DNA of 64,000 nucleotides from an uncultured Reyranella sp. (GCA_964415585.1 CAYQAY010000001.1:70008-134007), one strand, 5' to 3'; positions 27,794 to 37,199 are shown, counted from the stretch's first letter. Notes: generated by a model from the sequence alone, not told the origin. Numbers and translations: made by a program.

Positions 27794-28015
27794 GTGACTT
27801 CTCCTTGCTGTTTCGAGCCCCGCGACCATCGCGGCCTCGATGGCGATCGTTTGCCGGAGGCGATCGACGCTGCACCCGCTCGCGGGCCGGAGCACAGCGG
27901 AGGATGGCGGCGGAGCGACTTTCTTGCCTCGCGAGGAATGGGCGAAGCCCAGGGGAAGAAAGTCGCTCCGACGCCGTTGCGGCTCAGGCGATCGAGGCGC
28001 AGCCGTCCTACGGCT
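27794..28015 (-). repeat. Conserved structured leader element, copy A (upstream of the DUF736 gene)
   Basis: Shares long identical blocks with 31357-31575: GCCGGAGCACAGCGGAGGA, GACTTTCTTGCCTCGCGAGGAATG, CAGGGGAAGAAAG and GCCGTTGCGG. Contains a roughly 19-bp imperfect long-range stem GGCGGCGGAGCGACTTTCTT / AAGAAAGTCGCTCCGACGCC. Confidence 0.7.
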
Positions 28016-28327
28016 AGATCAAGCCAAGGAGAGGCAGTGGGTCGCACGCCGAACAGCATCCTCACGAGAAGTCGTGGCTAACCTGAAGGGTCCTGCACAA
28101 GAGGGCTGGCATACCGGGCGAAGAGAAGGCGGCCGTGGCGTAGAAAAAGGACGGCATCGCCCCAGCCAACCTGGCGCAAACGATGAACCCGCCACAGCAT
28201 CTGTCACCTGCACCGAAGACACGGGCTCATCGAAGCGGTCTTGAGGGCTGCGTTCGTGCCACCGCTTGATAACGAGCCTTCACCCCCACCTGCGCCAACT
28301 TGTTTGACGATGAGGATGCGGAGAGCG

Positions 28328-28804
28328 TCAGCGTCTCTGGTCGTGTGGCCGCCAGCCAATCGGCGAGTGAGCTCCCCCGACGCCCTGTCCGTCCGACGGC
28401 GGGACAAACAGCGTCATGCGCGAGAAGGCCGTGACGCCAGCGAGAACGGCGCCCACAACGGCGAATGTCGTCTGCCATCCACTGCCGGACATGCCGATGC
28501 CCGACAGCGCAAACGACACCTGATAGCCGGCAATCGCGGCCGGGACGCCATAGAGCAGACCGATAATGGCGCGGATCAGTGCCGTGCGCGTGACAGCGAA
28601 AGCGAACTGTCCAAGCACCAAGATCGCGCCGCCCACCAGCAATCCGACAAAGAGCGCACCGATGACACCGGCCCCGCTGTGAAACGCCGCCAGTCCCGCG
28701 GTGAGTCCGCCAAAGGTGGGAAGCGCATAGATGGCCAGCGTGAACAGCAGCCAGCAGAAGAAGCCGAGGCCGACGATGCTGAGAACGATACCGACAGCAA
28801 ACAT
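28328..28804 (-). CDS. Hypothetical polytopic membrane protein
   Basis: 158 aa counted from MFAVGIVLSIVGLGFF. Four to five Gly/Ala-rich hydrophobic helices. I recognise no family. Confidence 0.5.
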   Translation of the reverse strand: MFAVGIVLSIVGLGFFCWLLFTLAIYALPTFGGLTAGLAAFHSGAGVIGALFVGLLVGGAILVLGQFAFAVTRTALIRAIIGLLYGVPAAIAGYQVSFALSGIGMSGSGWQTTFAVVGAVLAGVTAFSRMTLFVPPSDGQGVGGAHSPIGWRPHDQRR

Positions 28805-28932
28805 GGTGGATCTCCGTGACCAGGGTCGAACGGTCGCGCCTTCCACCACCACCATGGCGCCGCCGGATCTTATCAGGATTGAAAGTGGCCGAAGAGAGAC
28901 TTTGGGTTGCAAATGAGAGATGCTAGACCTCA

Positions 28933-29532
28933 ATGACTTCGAGCAACCGCAATCCCGCCCAAGAAGAAAAGATGGCGAGGTCCCGTCGCAAGACAGACCT
29001 GCCGGTCTCCGAGATCCGGCGCTATCTGGAACCTGGGCCGATCGTGCTGGTCACATCGGCGCATGGCGACGAGCGCAACATCATGACCATGGGCTGGCAT
29101 ACGGTGATGGAGTTCACGCCGTCCCTCGTCGGCTGCGTGATCGCCGGCGGCAACTACAGCTTCGGGCTGATCCGGCGCAGCAAGGAATGCGTCATCAACC
29201 TTCCGACCACGGCGCTCACCGACCAGGTGGTCGGTGTCGGCAATACGTCAGGGGCGGAGATCGACAAGTTCGAGAAGTTCAAGTTGACCCCGAAAAAGGC
29301 GCAGGAAGTCAATGCGCCGCTTATCGCCGAATGCCACGCCCACTTCGAATGCCGGCTGGCGGACGGCAGCCTGAACTCGAAGTACAACTTCTTCATCTTC
29401 GAGGTGGTGAAGGCACATGTCGCGGCCTCGCCGAAACGTCCGCAAACGCTGCATTATACCGGTGACGGCGTATTCATGGTCGCCGGCAAAGTCATCAGCC
29501 GGAGATCGCAGTTCAAACCGAGCATGCTGTAA
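28933..29532 (+). CDS. Flavin reductase-like (FMN-binding split-barrel) protein
   Basis: PIVLVTSAHGDERNIMTMGWHTVMEFTPSLVGCVI is typical of the flavin-reductase domain family. Confidence 0.75.
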   Translation: MTSSNRNPAQEEKMARSRRKTDLPVSEIRRYLEPGPIVLVTSAHGDERNIMTMGWHTVMEFTPSLVGCVIAGGNYSFGLIRRSKECVINLPTTALTDQVVGVGNTSGAEIDKFEKFKLTPKKAQEVNAPLIAECHAHFECRLADGSLNSKYNFFIFEVVKAHVAASPKRPQTLHYTGDGVFMVAGKVISRRSQFKPSML

Positions 29533-29543
29533 GAGCCGGCGAT

Positions 29544-30221
29544 TTAGAGCAGTCCAAGCGACCGGAAGGAGGCATGGGTTCCGTGCCCGATCACAACATG
29601 GTCGTGCAGCTCAACCTCGAGAGCACTGGCGGCTGCTTTCAGTTCGCGCGTCGTCTGTATGTCCTCCCGCGACGGCTTGGGATCGCCGGACGGATGATTG
29701 TGGACGACGAGGAGAGCTGAGGCGTTGAGGATCAGGGCGCGCTTCATGACCTCGCGCGGGTAGACGGGCGTGTGATTGACGGTGCCGCGCTGCTGCACCT
29801 CGTCGGCGATGAGATTGTTCTTGCGATCGAGAAACAGAATTCGAAATTGCTCGACCTGCTCGTAAGCCATTGCAGTCTGCAGGTATCCGATCAGCGCTTG
29901 CCAGTTGCTCAGCACGGGCCGGCCGCGCACTTCTGCTCTTGCCATACGGCAAGCAATCTCCCGGACAAGCCGGAACATGGCGATGTCGTGTCCCGTCAGT
30001 CCGAAAGCGCGAAGCTGCGACGCTTCGGCCGTGATGACATGGCCGATGCTGGGAAAGGTTTGCAGAAGGGTGGACGCACACGCCGAGCCTGACGATGAAG
30101 CCAGCAAGCCGGCGAGCAAGTCCTGCTCAGTCGTCTCCTCCGTCGGCAGGACAACAAGACCGCCCCTGATCAGACCTTGATCGGGCAACGCGGAAACAAG
30201 AGCAAAAGATGATGCAGACAT
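29544..30221 (-). CDS. radC: RadC-like JAB/MPN-domain protein
   Basis: C-terminal JAMM motif HNHPSGDPKPSREDI and an upstream helix-hairpin-helix-like region. The start is uncertain: 30221 or the ORF-track 30281. Confidence 0.85.
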   Translation of the reverse strand: MSASSFALVSALPDQGLIRGGLVVLPTEETTEQDLLAGLLASSSGSACASTLLQTFPSIGHVITAEASQLRAFGLTGHDIAMFRLVREIACRMARAEVRGRPVLSNWQALIGYLQTAMAYEQVEQFRILFLDRKNNLIADEVQQRGTVNHTPVYPREVMKRALILNASALLVVHNHPSGDPKPSREDIQTTRELKAAASALEVELHDHVVIGHGTHASFRSLGLL

Positions 30222-30420
30222 GGATCGATTTCCGGGAGAGCAGGACGGGCAAGCCGCAGGCTCGCTCTCTCGGAAGCCCACGACTCACCCGCTTCCGGCC
30301 ATCCTCTTGCTCTTGACGGTCCGGCCCTCCTCCGCCGGACCGGAATCACGCCGGGCGCAGTGGACAGAGGCCCAGCGCGCGCACGAACCGCCATACCGAT
30401 TGCGGTAAAGGAAGCGGCGT

Positions 30421-31356
30421 TCACGCGCCGCTCGAGCCGAACCGCCACACGGGAATGCCGAGCTTGCGTGCCTTGTCGGCGAGGTTCTCCTGGATGCCCG
30501 AGCCCGGGAACACGATGACGCCGATCGGCACGACCTCCAGGATCTGGTCGTTGCGCTTGAAGGGTGCGGCCTTGGCGTGGCGGGTCCAGTCCGGCTTGAA
30601 CGGAACGTGCGTGACCTTGCGGGTATCGGCCCAGCGGGCGGCGATGCGTTCGGCGCCGGTGGGAGATCCCCCATGCAGGAGGACCATGTCGGGATGCTTG
30701 GCGCGGACCTTGTCGAGCGTGCTCCAGATCAGCCGATGGTCGTTGAAGTCGGCCCCGCCGGTGAAGGCGATCTTCGGTCCGGCCGGTACCAGCAGCTCGG
30801 TGTCGGCCCGGCGGCGGGCGGCGAGGAACTCCCGGCTGTCGATCATGGCGGCGGTGAGAGCCCGGTGATTGACCATCGAGCCGGTGCGCGGCCGCCAGGT
30901 TGAGCCGGTGTGGACCTCGAAGCGCTCGGCGGCCTGATCGCGGAAGAGCTCCATGGCATTGCGACGCTCGATCAGGGTCAGGCCCTCGGTGACGAGACGC
31001 TCCAGCTCGACCGAACGGACCTCCGAGCCGTTCTGCTCCTTCTGGCTGCGCCGCTGCGCCTGCTCATTGCCGTCGAGCTCGCGCTCGATACGGTCGACGG
31101 CGCGATGGAACAAGTTGACGGTCGACCACAGCAGATCCTCGAGATCGGGTTCAAGGCGAGTATCGGTCAGCGTTGCAACGAGAGCGTCGAAGATGTCGAC
31201 GACGGCGCCGGTGATGACGCTGGCTTCCGGCAGTGGCCTGGGATCGGGCTCGTCCTGGAAGGGACGGTGGCCATGGAGCTGCAGCTCGGTGAGGACGTGA
31301 TCGGTCGGGGATGAGGCGTGCACGGGCTCGAAGTCGGGATCGCGGTCGGTTGCCAT
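30421..31356 (-). CDS. DUF2493 (SLOG-superfamily) protein with extended N-terminal helical domain
   Basis: C-terminal KIAFTGGADFNDHRLIWSTLDKVRAKHPDMVLLHGGSPTGAERIAARWA...VVPIGVIVFPGSGI. The start is taken at MATDRDPDF with an AAGGA RBS. Confidence 0.75.
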   Translation of the reverse strand: MATDRDPDFEPVHASSPTDHVLTELQLHGHRPFQDEPDPRPLPEASVITGAVVDIFDALVATLTDTRLEPDLEDLLWSTVNLFHRAVDRIERELDGNEQAQRRSQKEQNGSEVRSVELERLVTEGLTLIERRNAMELFRDQAAERFEVHTGSTWRPRTGSMVNHRALTAAMIDSREFLAARRRADTELLVPAGPKIAFTGGADFNDHRLIWSTLDKVRAKHPDMVLLHGGSPTGAERIAARWADTRKVTHVPFKPDWTRHAKAAPFKRNDQILEVVPIGVIVFPGSGIQENLADKARKLGIPVWRFGSSGA

Positions 31357-31575
31357 GATGCTGTCCTTTGTCGGATCGGCCGCGCCCATCGCGGCCTTCG
31401 TGGGCGTCGACAGACGGCGGGCGGACCGGTCCCGCACCGCTTGCGGCCGGAGCACAGCGGAGGACGGCGGGCCGAGACTTTCTTGCCTCGCGAGGAATGC
31501 CGGCGCAGCCGGCAGGGGAAGAAAGCCGCAGGGCCGCCGTTGCGGGACCGGGCGGCCTGCCGTCCGATCGCCCCT
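31357..31575 (-). repeat. Conserved structured leader element, copy B (upstream of the DUF2493 gene)
   Basis: See copy A. Same order of conserved blocks. The internal hairpin is CCGGC-GCA-GCCGG here versus GGGC-GAA-GCCC in copy A, a compensatory change. Confidence 0.7.
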
Positions 31576-31661
31576 CTAGAAGGCCAGGGCGCGCTCCCGT
31601 CCGGTCCGAAGGGCAGCAGAGCGACGGACGACGAAGCGATTCATCGTGCCCGTGCCCGTGC

Positions 31662-32702
31662 TCATCCCGTCACGGCCAAGGTCAGGAAGCGCTCCACGTC
31701 TTGCGGGACGAGTTGCTGGCACAGGGTAACTCGGAGCTTGTCGAGTCTGAGGCGTCGGAGATCGTCGTTGAAGTCGTCGAAGCAGGGCGACAGGACGAAT
31801 GGCTCGATCCCAGCGGCTTCGGCGCGGTTGCACAGGCTCGCCATCGCAGCATCACCGGCCGGGTCGGCATCGCGCGCGACATAGAGACGGCGCAGTGTCG
31901 GCGGAAGCAGCAGCGCCGCGAGGTGGTTGGCCGAGAGGGCGGCGACCATCGGCAGAGTCGGCAGGATCATGCGCAGCGACAGCATGGTCTCGATCCCTTC
32001 CCCGGCGGCCATGACGTCGTCGGCCACGCCGAAGCGCACACCGTGCCCGAGAAGATGGCCCATGGCCCGTCGCGGTGAAGCGATCGGCGCCTTGTCGCGG
32101 CCTGACGGATCGAGCCAGGTGCGGTGCGCTCCGGTGATCGCGCCGGCAAGATCGGTGACGGCGGCGATCAGCGCCGGCCAGGTCTCGGTCGGACTGTGCT
32201 CGTCGGGCCGGTAATAGCAGCGGGGATGGAAGCGGAGCGGATCGCGGTCAGGCACAGTCGTGATTCCGCGGCCGTGCAGGTAGGTTTGCGCCAAGGTGCC
32301 CGCGATCGGGCGAGACATGGCATAGAGCCGCCGGGCAGACTCGGGCGAGCCGCGAGGCGCAGGAAGTCGATCCTGCAGGGGAGCGCGTTGGTCTGGCGGC
32401 AAGGCGAGAAACGCACGCGCCTCGTTCAAGGTATCGCGCAGGCGGTCGAAACCGCGATTGAGGGTGATCAGGTCCAGCAGATCACCATGCTCCCCCGTTG
32501 CGCCGTCGGTCCAATGCCCGGCGGCCCCCTTGCCGCGATCCGGACCGCTGAGCCGGACGAACAGGCTGCGGCCCGGCGTGTTGGCAACATCGCCGACCAG
32601 CCAGTAGCGGCCCTCGCGACGGCCGCTGGAGAGATAGTGACGGCACACCGCCTCGGCATTGCGCGCGAGACGGCGGGCCAGGTCGGCGGCGGGCGACGAC
32701 AT
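31662..32702 (-). CDS. Toprim-domain protein (DUF7146 / primase-like, ICE-associated)
   Basis: N-terminus ...AEAVCRHYLSSGRREGRYWLVGDVANTPGRSLFVRLSG...GHWTDGATGEHGDLLDLI and a C-terminal toprim-like acidic block (YVARDADPAGD). Only 9 nt downstream of the MTase-helicase gene. Confidence 0.75.
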   Translation of the reverse strand: MSSPAADLARRLARNAEAVCRHYLSSGRREGRYWLVGDVANTPGRSLFVRLSGPDRGKGAAGHWTDGATGEHGDLLDLITLNRGFDRLRDTLNEARAFLALPPDQRAPLQDRLPAPRGSPESARRLYAMSRPIAGTLAQTYLHGRGITTVPDRDPLRFHPRCYYRPDEHSPTETWPALIAAVTDLAGAITGAHRTWLDPSGRDKAPIASPRRAMGHLLGHGVRFGVADDVMAAGEGIETMLSLRMILPTLPMVAALSANHLAALLLPPTLRRLYVARDADPAGDAAMASLCNRAEAAGIEPFVLSPCFDDFNDDLRRLRLDKLRVTLCQQLVPQDVERFLTLAVTG

Positions 32703-32711
32703 GGCCCGCCC

Positions 32712-35700
32712 TCACGACGTGACCCGATCGGCGATGCGCACGATCGGGTAGCGTTCCATCAACTCGGCGAGAATCGCGAGACCGTCGACGCCGGTCGGCA
32801 CGAACAGGCGCAGCTTCCAGGCGATGATCTCGGAGATGAGGCCCATCGCCTTCAGGCGATCGACCATGCCGTCGGTGAAGCCGTAGAGTTCCACTCGGAA
32901 CAGGCCCATCACCCTGGCGCGGCGCAGGCTCAGCCCGTCCTGCAGCTCGAGGATGGTTCGACCGTCGAGCACGGCGGTCCAGGCGTCGGCCGGCGCGATG
33001 CTCACGCCATCGGCACTGACGGCCTGTGCCACCCAGGCCGGCGAGACCAGCCGGCCGATGATGCGCTCGCCGGCGTCGGTCTGCAGGCGATAGACCCGCA
33101 TGGACTCGTCCGGCAGACGCTTCCAGATCGGCAGCAGCAGACCGGTGACGATATGAAGGTCGCTCTCGGTAAAGGTGGGAACCTCGGCGAGCTCGCGCTC
33201 CCAAGCCTCGGCGAAGACGGAGCGGTCCACCGGTGCCCAATGCGTCTGCGCCAGCGCCGTCAAGGACATCGCCGTGCGCTCCATCGGACGGAGCAGCCGG
33301 ACACGACACTCGACCTCGCCGTCGTCCAGCATGACGCTCGGCGCTGGAACCTGCACCGCGGCGCGGCCGGACTGGCTGTTGATCAGCAGCACGGCACGGG
33401 GATCGCCGGCACGCTCCAGCGCCTCGGCCAGCGTGAACGGCCGATTGCGCTCCCGTCGGCGGATGGTGAACACCTGGGTCTCCGCGCCGGTCTGCGGATG
33501 GGCATAGAGCGAGCGCCGGTCGGTCACGACCAGGCTCTCGGCTGTCAGTGTCTCGACGCCGACGTCGTATGTGCCAGAGGCCTGCGCCCCCTCGATCTTC
33601 GCCCGCAGAAGATCCTCGAAGGCGCCGAACAGCGTGTTCTGCAACTCGATGGTGAGCGCCAGCAGCCGATTGAGGAAGGTCGTGATCGGCGGCAGCTCCT
33701 CGCGCAGGCTGCCGTCCTGGTCGGTCAGATGCAGGCCGGTGACCTCCTCGAAGGCTTTTAGCGAGCAGCCCTCGACCTTGCCGGCGAACAGCAGGAGGTA
33801 GAGCTGGCGCAAGGCCGCACGGCCATAAGGGGATTCGAGATTGTCGTCCGAGCGGAACAGGCCCTGCCCGCCGGTCTGGCGCTGGCCCTTGGTGATGGCG
33901 CCCAAGGTGTCGAGCCGCCGGGCGATGGTCGACAGGAAGCGCTTCTCGGCCTTCACGTCGGTGGCGATTGGCCGGAACAGGGGCGGCTGCGCCTGGTTGG
34001 TGCGATTGCTGCGGCCAAGCCCCTGGATGGCGGTATCGGCCTTCCAGCCGGCCTCCAGCAGATAGTGGACGCGCAGGCGCTGGTTCCGGGCGCCCAGGTC
34101 CGCGTGATAGGAGCGGCCCGTGCCGCCGGCATCGCTGAACACGAGGATGCGCTTGTCGTCATCCATGAAGGCCTGCGCTTCGGCTAGGTTGGCAGAGCCC
34201 GGACGGTTTTCGACGCAGAGCCGGTCACCCTTGCGCACGATACGCCGGGACCGGCCCGTCACCTCGGCGACCAGCTCGGTGCCGAAGCGCTGCACGATCT
34301 GGTCGAGCGCGCCCTGGACCGGCGCGAGCGAGGCCAGCCGCTCGATCAGGCGATCGCGGCGCTCGACGGCATCCCGGCACTGCACGGGCTGGCCGTCGCG
34401 ATAGACCGGCCGCGAGGAGAGATTGCCCTCGCCATCGGTGAAGGGCTCGAAGAGCTGGGTCGGGAAGCTGTGCGCCAGGTAATCGAGCACATACTCGCGT
34501 GGCGTGATGTCGACCTGGACGTCGCCCCAGTCCTCGGTCGGGATGTCGGAAAGCCGGCGTTCCATCAGGGCCTCGCCGGTGGAGACGACCTGGATGACGG
34601 CGGCATGTCCTGCCTGGAGGTCACGCTCGATCGCCCCGATCAGCGTCGGCGTCTTCATCGAGGTGATGAGGTGGGAGAAGAAGCGCTGCTTGGCCGACTC
34701 GAAGGCCGAGCGTGCCGCCGACTTCGCCTGCGCATTGAGCGTCCCGCGTTCGCCGGTAACGTTGGCGGCCTGCAGGGCGGCGTCGAGATTGTTGTGGATG
34801 ATCTGGAAGGCGCCGGCATAGGCGTCGTAGATGCGGATCTGCTCGGGCGTGAGCGCGTGCTCGACCAACTCGTATTCGACGCCCTCGTAGGACAGCGAGC
34901 GGGCGGCATAGAGGCCGAGTGCCTTGAGATCGCGCGCGAGCACCTCCATGGCGGCGACGCCACCGGCCTCGATCGCCTGGACGAACTCGGCGCGCGTGGC
35001 GAAGGGAAAGTCCTCACCGCCCCAGAGGCCCAGCCGTTGGGCGTAGGCGAGATTGTGCACCGTGGTGGCACCCGTGGCGGAGACATAGACGACCCGCGCA
35101 TTAGGCAACGCGTGCTGCAGCCGCAACCCCGCCCGGCCCTGCTGCGAAGGCGCCTGCTCACCACGCTCACCCTTGCCCCCGGCCGCGTTGGCCATGGCAT
35201 GGCTCTCGTCGAACACGATCACTCCGTCGAAGTCCGATCCCAGCCAATCGACGATCTGCCGGACCCGCGAAACCCTTTCCTCGCGCGCGTCGGTCCGTAG
35301 CGTGGCGTAGGTGGCAAAAAGGATGCCCTGCTCCAGACAGATCAAGGCGCCCTGGCGGAAGCGGGCGAGCGGCGTCACCAGCAAGCGCTCCATGCCGAGC
35401 GCCGACCAGTCGCGCTGGGCATCCTCGATCAGCTTGTCGGACTTGCTGATCCACACCGCCCGTCGGCGGCCTTTTAGCCAGTTGTCCAAAAGGATGCCAG
35501 CGACCTGGCGGCCTTTGCCGGCGCCGGTGCCGTCGCCCAGCATCCAGCCGCGCCGGAAGCGCACGGCGTTCTCGGCGTCATCGGGCGCGGCCGAGACGAC
35601 GTCGCCGGTCTCGTCCACCACCCACGATCCGGCGAGATGGCCGGCATGGGCCTCGCCGGCATAGATGACGCTCTCGAGCTGGGCATCGGACAGCAGGCCG

Positions 35701-37046
35701 GCGCTGCCGACATTGGCTGGAAGGTGAGGCCGATAGGTGGGCTTGGGCGGCGCGACCGAGGCCATCGCCGCCGACTGCACGAGCCGCGTCGGATGCGGCC
35801 GTGCGTCGGCGATCCGAATCGACTGCAGGTCGTAGGCTTCGTACAGCGCCTCGGTGAGGCTGCCGCCCTCGGCCGGCTTCCAGTCGACGGTCTCGTAAGC
35901 GAGTTCGGTGCCCGCTCGTTCGAGCGAACTGCCCGCAACGGCGAGCGGCTGTCGTGCGGGCCTGCGGCTCGGTCTGGCCGCGACGGGATGGACGTGCACC
36001 GGAAGCGCGATTGGCCCGTCAACAGGCAAGCGCGCCGGAACACAGGTGGTCACCCACTCAAGCAGCGTGGCGACGTCGGGCGCCATGCCTGGTGATGCCG
36101 GAAAGCAACTCGGATCGTCGGCGGGCACGCGATCGATGACCGTCAGCCGAGTGTCGACCGTGGTGCCGTGGCGGGCATAAACGCGCCCATCGACGGCAGC
36201 GCTAAACACGACACGGCCGCGTTCCTGGAGGCGGACGAAAGCCTCGCGCCATGACGGATGGTCCGGCGAGAGACTGGCGCCGGTGATCGCGACCAGCCGT
36301 CCGCCCTCGGCGACGCGGGCCAATGCAGAGGCGACATGGCGTAGGGCGGCGTCGGCGACAGTGCCATCGACATGCGCCGCAGCCGAGAACGGCGGATTCA
36401 TCAGCACGACGCTCGGACGCACGGCATCGTCGAGATGATCGTGAATGTGAGCGGCGTCGTAGCGAGTCGTCGCCGCCCTGGGAAAGAGTTGCCCGAGCAA
36501 AGCTGCGCGCGGCTCCGCCAGCTCGTTTAGGGCCAGCCCGCTGCCCGCGAGCTCGGCGAAGATGGCGAGCAGGCCCGTGCCGGCCGAGGGTTCGAGCACG
36601 AGATCGACCCGGGTAATCACAGCGGCCGTGGCGGCGACAAAGGCCAGATCGACCGGCGTCGAGAACTGCTGCAGCGTCTGGCTCTCTTCGGAGCGTCGCG
36701 TATGTGTCGGAAGAAGCGCCGCGATCTTGCCGAGCATGGACAGTTCGGCAGTCGGCGACCCAGCCCGCGCGCGAATGACCGGGCCGAACTTGCGCATGAA
36801 CAGCACGGTCGCCGCCTCGCAGGCGTCATAGGCGGTCTTCCAGTCCCAGGCGCCGGCGGCATCGGAGCCGCCGAAGGCGTGCTCCATGGCGGCACGCAGG
36901 GCGACCGCATCGATGCGGCGACCACGCTCGAGGTGAGGGAGAAGAAGGTGTGCTGCCGCGGCAATACCGGCGGACGGATCGGCCGAAGCGGAGGCGGGCG
37001 TGCGTTGCGGCGCAGGCACGGCCGCCGAGATGGAAACATTCGACAT
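32712..37046 (-). CDS. Giant N6-adenine-type methyltransferase fused to a strawberry-notch / SF2 helicase
   Basis: MTase motif I VLEPSAGTGLL and motif IV NPPF. Helicase Walker A GDGTGAGKGRQ and VFDESH (DExH). About 1440 aa. The start is uncertain: ATG at 37046 or TTG at 37112. Confidence 0.85.
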   Translation of the reverse strand: MSNVSISAAVPAPQRTPASASADPSAGIAAAAHLLLPHLERGRRIDAVALRAAMEHAFGGSDAAGAWDWKTAYDACEAATVLFMRKFGPVIRARAGSPTAELSMLGKIAALLPTHTRRSEESQTLQQFSTPVDLAFVAATAAVITRVDLVLEPSAGTGLLAIFAELAGSGLALNELAEPRAALLGQLFPRAATTRYDAAHIHDHLDDAVRPSVVLMNPPFSAAAHVDGTVADAALRHVASALARVAEGGRLVAITGASLSPDHPSWREAFVRLQERGRVVFSAAVDGRVYARHGTTVDTRLTVIDRVPADDPSCFPASPGMAPDVATLLEWVTTCVPARLPVDGPIALPVHVHPVAARPSRRPARQPLAVAGSSLERAGTELAYETVDWKPAEGGSLTEALYEAYDLQSIRIADARPHPTRLVQSAAMASVAPPKPTYRPHLPANVGSAGLLSDAQLESVIYAGEAHAGHLAGSWVVDETGDVVSAAPDDAENAVRFRRGWMLGDGTGAGKGRQVAGILLDNWLKGRRRAVWISKSDKLIEDAQRDWSALGMERLLVTPLARFRQGALICLEQGILFATYATLRTDAREERVSRVRQIVDWLGSDFDGVIVFDESHAMANAAGGKGERGEQAPSQQGRAGLRLQHALPNARVVYVSATGATTVHNLAYAQRLGLWGGEDFPFATRAEFVQAIEAGGVAAMEVLARDLKALGLYAARSLSYEGVEYELVEHALTPEQIRIYDAYAGAFQIIHNNLDAALQAANVTGERGTLNAQAKSAARSAFESAKQRFFSHLITSMKTPTLIGAIERDLQAGHAAVIQVVSTGEALMERRLSDIPTEDWGDVQVDITPREYVLDYLAHSFPTQLFEPFTDGEGNLSSRPVYRDGQPVQCRDAVERRDRLIERLASLAPVQGALDQIVQRFGTELVAEVTGRSRRIVRKGDRLCVENRPGSANLAEAQAFMDDDKRILVFSDAGGTGRSYHADLGARNQRLRVHYLLEAGWKADTAIQGLGRSNRTNQAQPPLFRPIATDVKAEKRFLSTIARRLDTLGAITKGQRQTGGQGLFRSDDNLESPYGRAALRQLYLLLFAGKVEGCSLKAFEEVTGLHLTDQDGSLREELPPITTFLNRLLALTIELQNTLFGAFEDLLRAKIEGAQASGTYDVGVETLTAESLVVTDRRSLYAHPQTGAETQVFTIRRRERNRPFTLAEALERAGDPRAVLLINSQSGRAAVQVPAPSVMLDDGEVECRVRLLRPMERTAMSLTALAQTHWAPVDRSVFAEAWERELAEVPTFTESDLHIVTGLLLPIWKRLPDESMRVYRLQTDAGERIIGRLVSPAWVAQAVSADGVSIAPADAWTAVLDGRTILELQDGLSLRRARVMGLFRVELYGFTDGMVDRLKAMGLISEIIAWKLRLFVPTGVDGLAILAELMERYPIVRIADRVTS

Positions 37047-37173
37047 GGAGGAGACCTCGGAGAGCGGGAACGGTCCGAACCAGGGGACGCTCTCTCGACC
37101 CCGCCGGCTCAAACCCGTCCCGGCCGTCCTCTCCCTCTCCCTTGGGGATCGGTCATGGTGGATCTCTCAATGG

Positions 37174-37199
37174 AAAAAGCCCGGCACCGCGGCCGGGCT
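37174..37199 (-). terminator. Rho-independent terminator after the ParB-like gene
   Basis: 8-bp stem AGCCCGGC/GCCGGGCT with a 6-nt loop, followed on the minus strand by TTTTT. Confidence 0.65.

Noticed and set aside
30318..30341. 8-bp hairpin GGTCCGGC..GCCGGACC after the DUF2493 gene as a terminator.
   Set aside because: It is not followed by a T-run on the minus strand. It could be a processing or attenuation structure, but this is unsupported.
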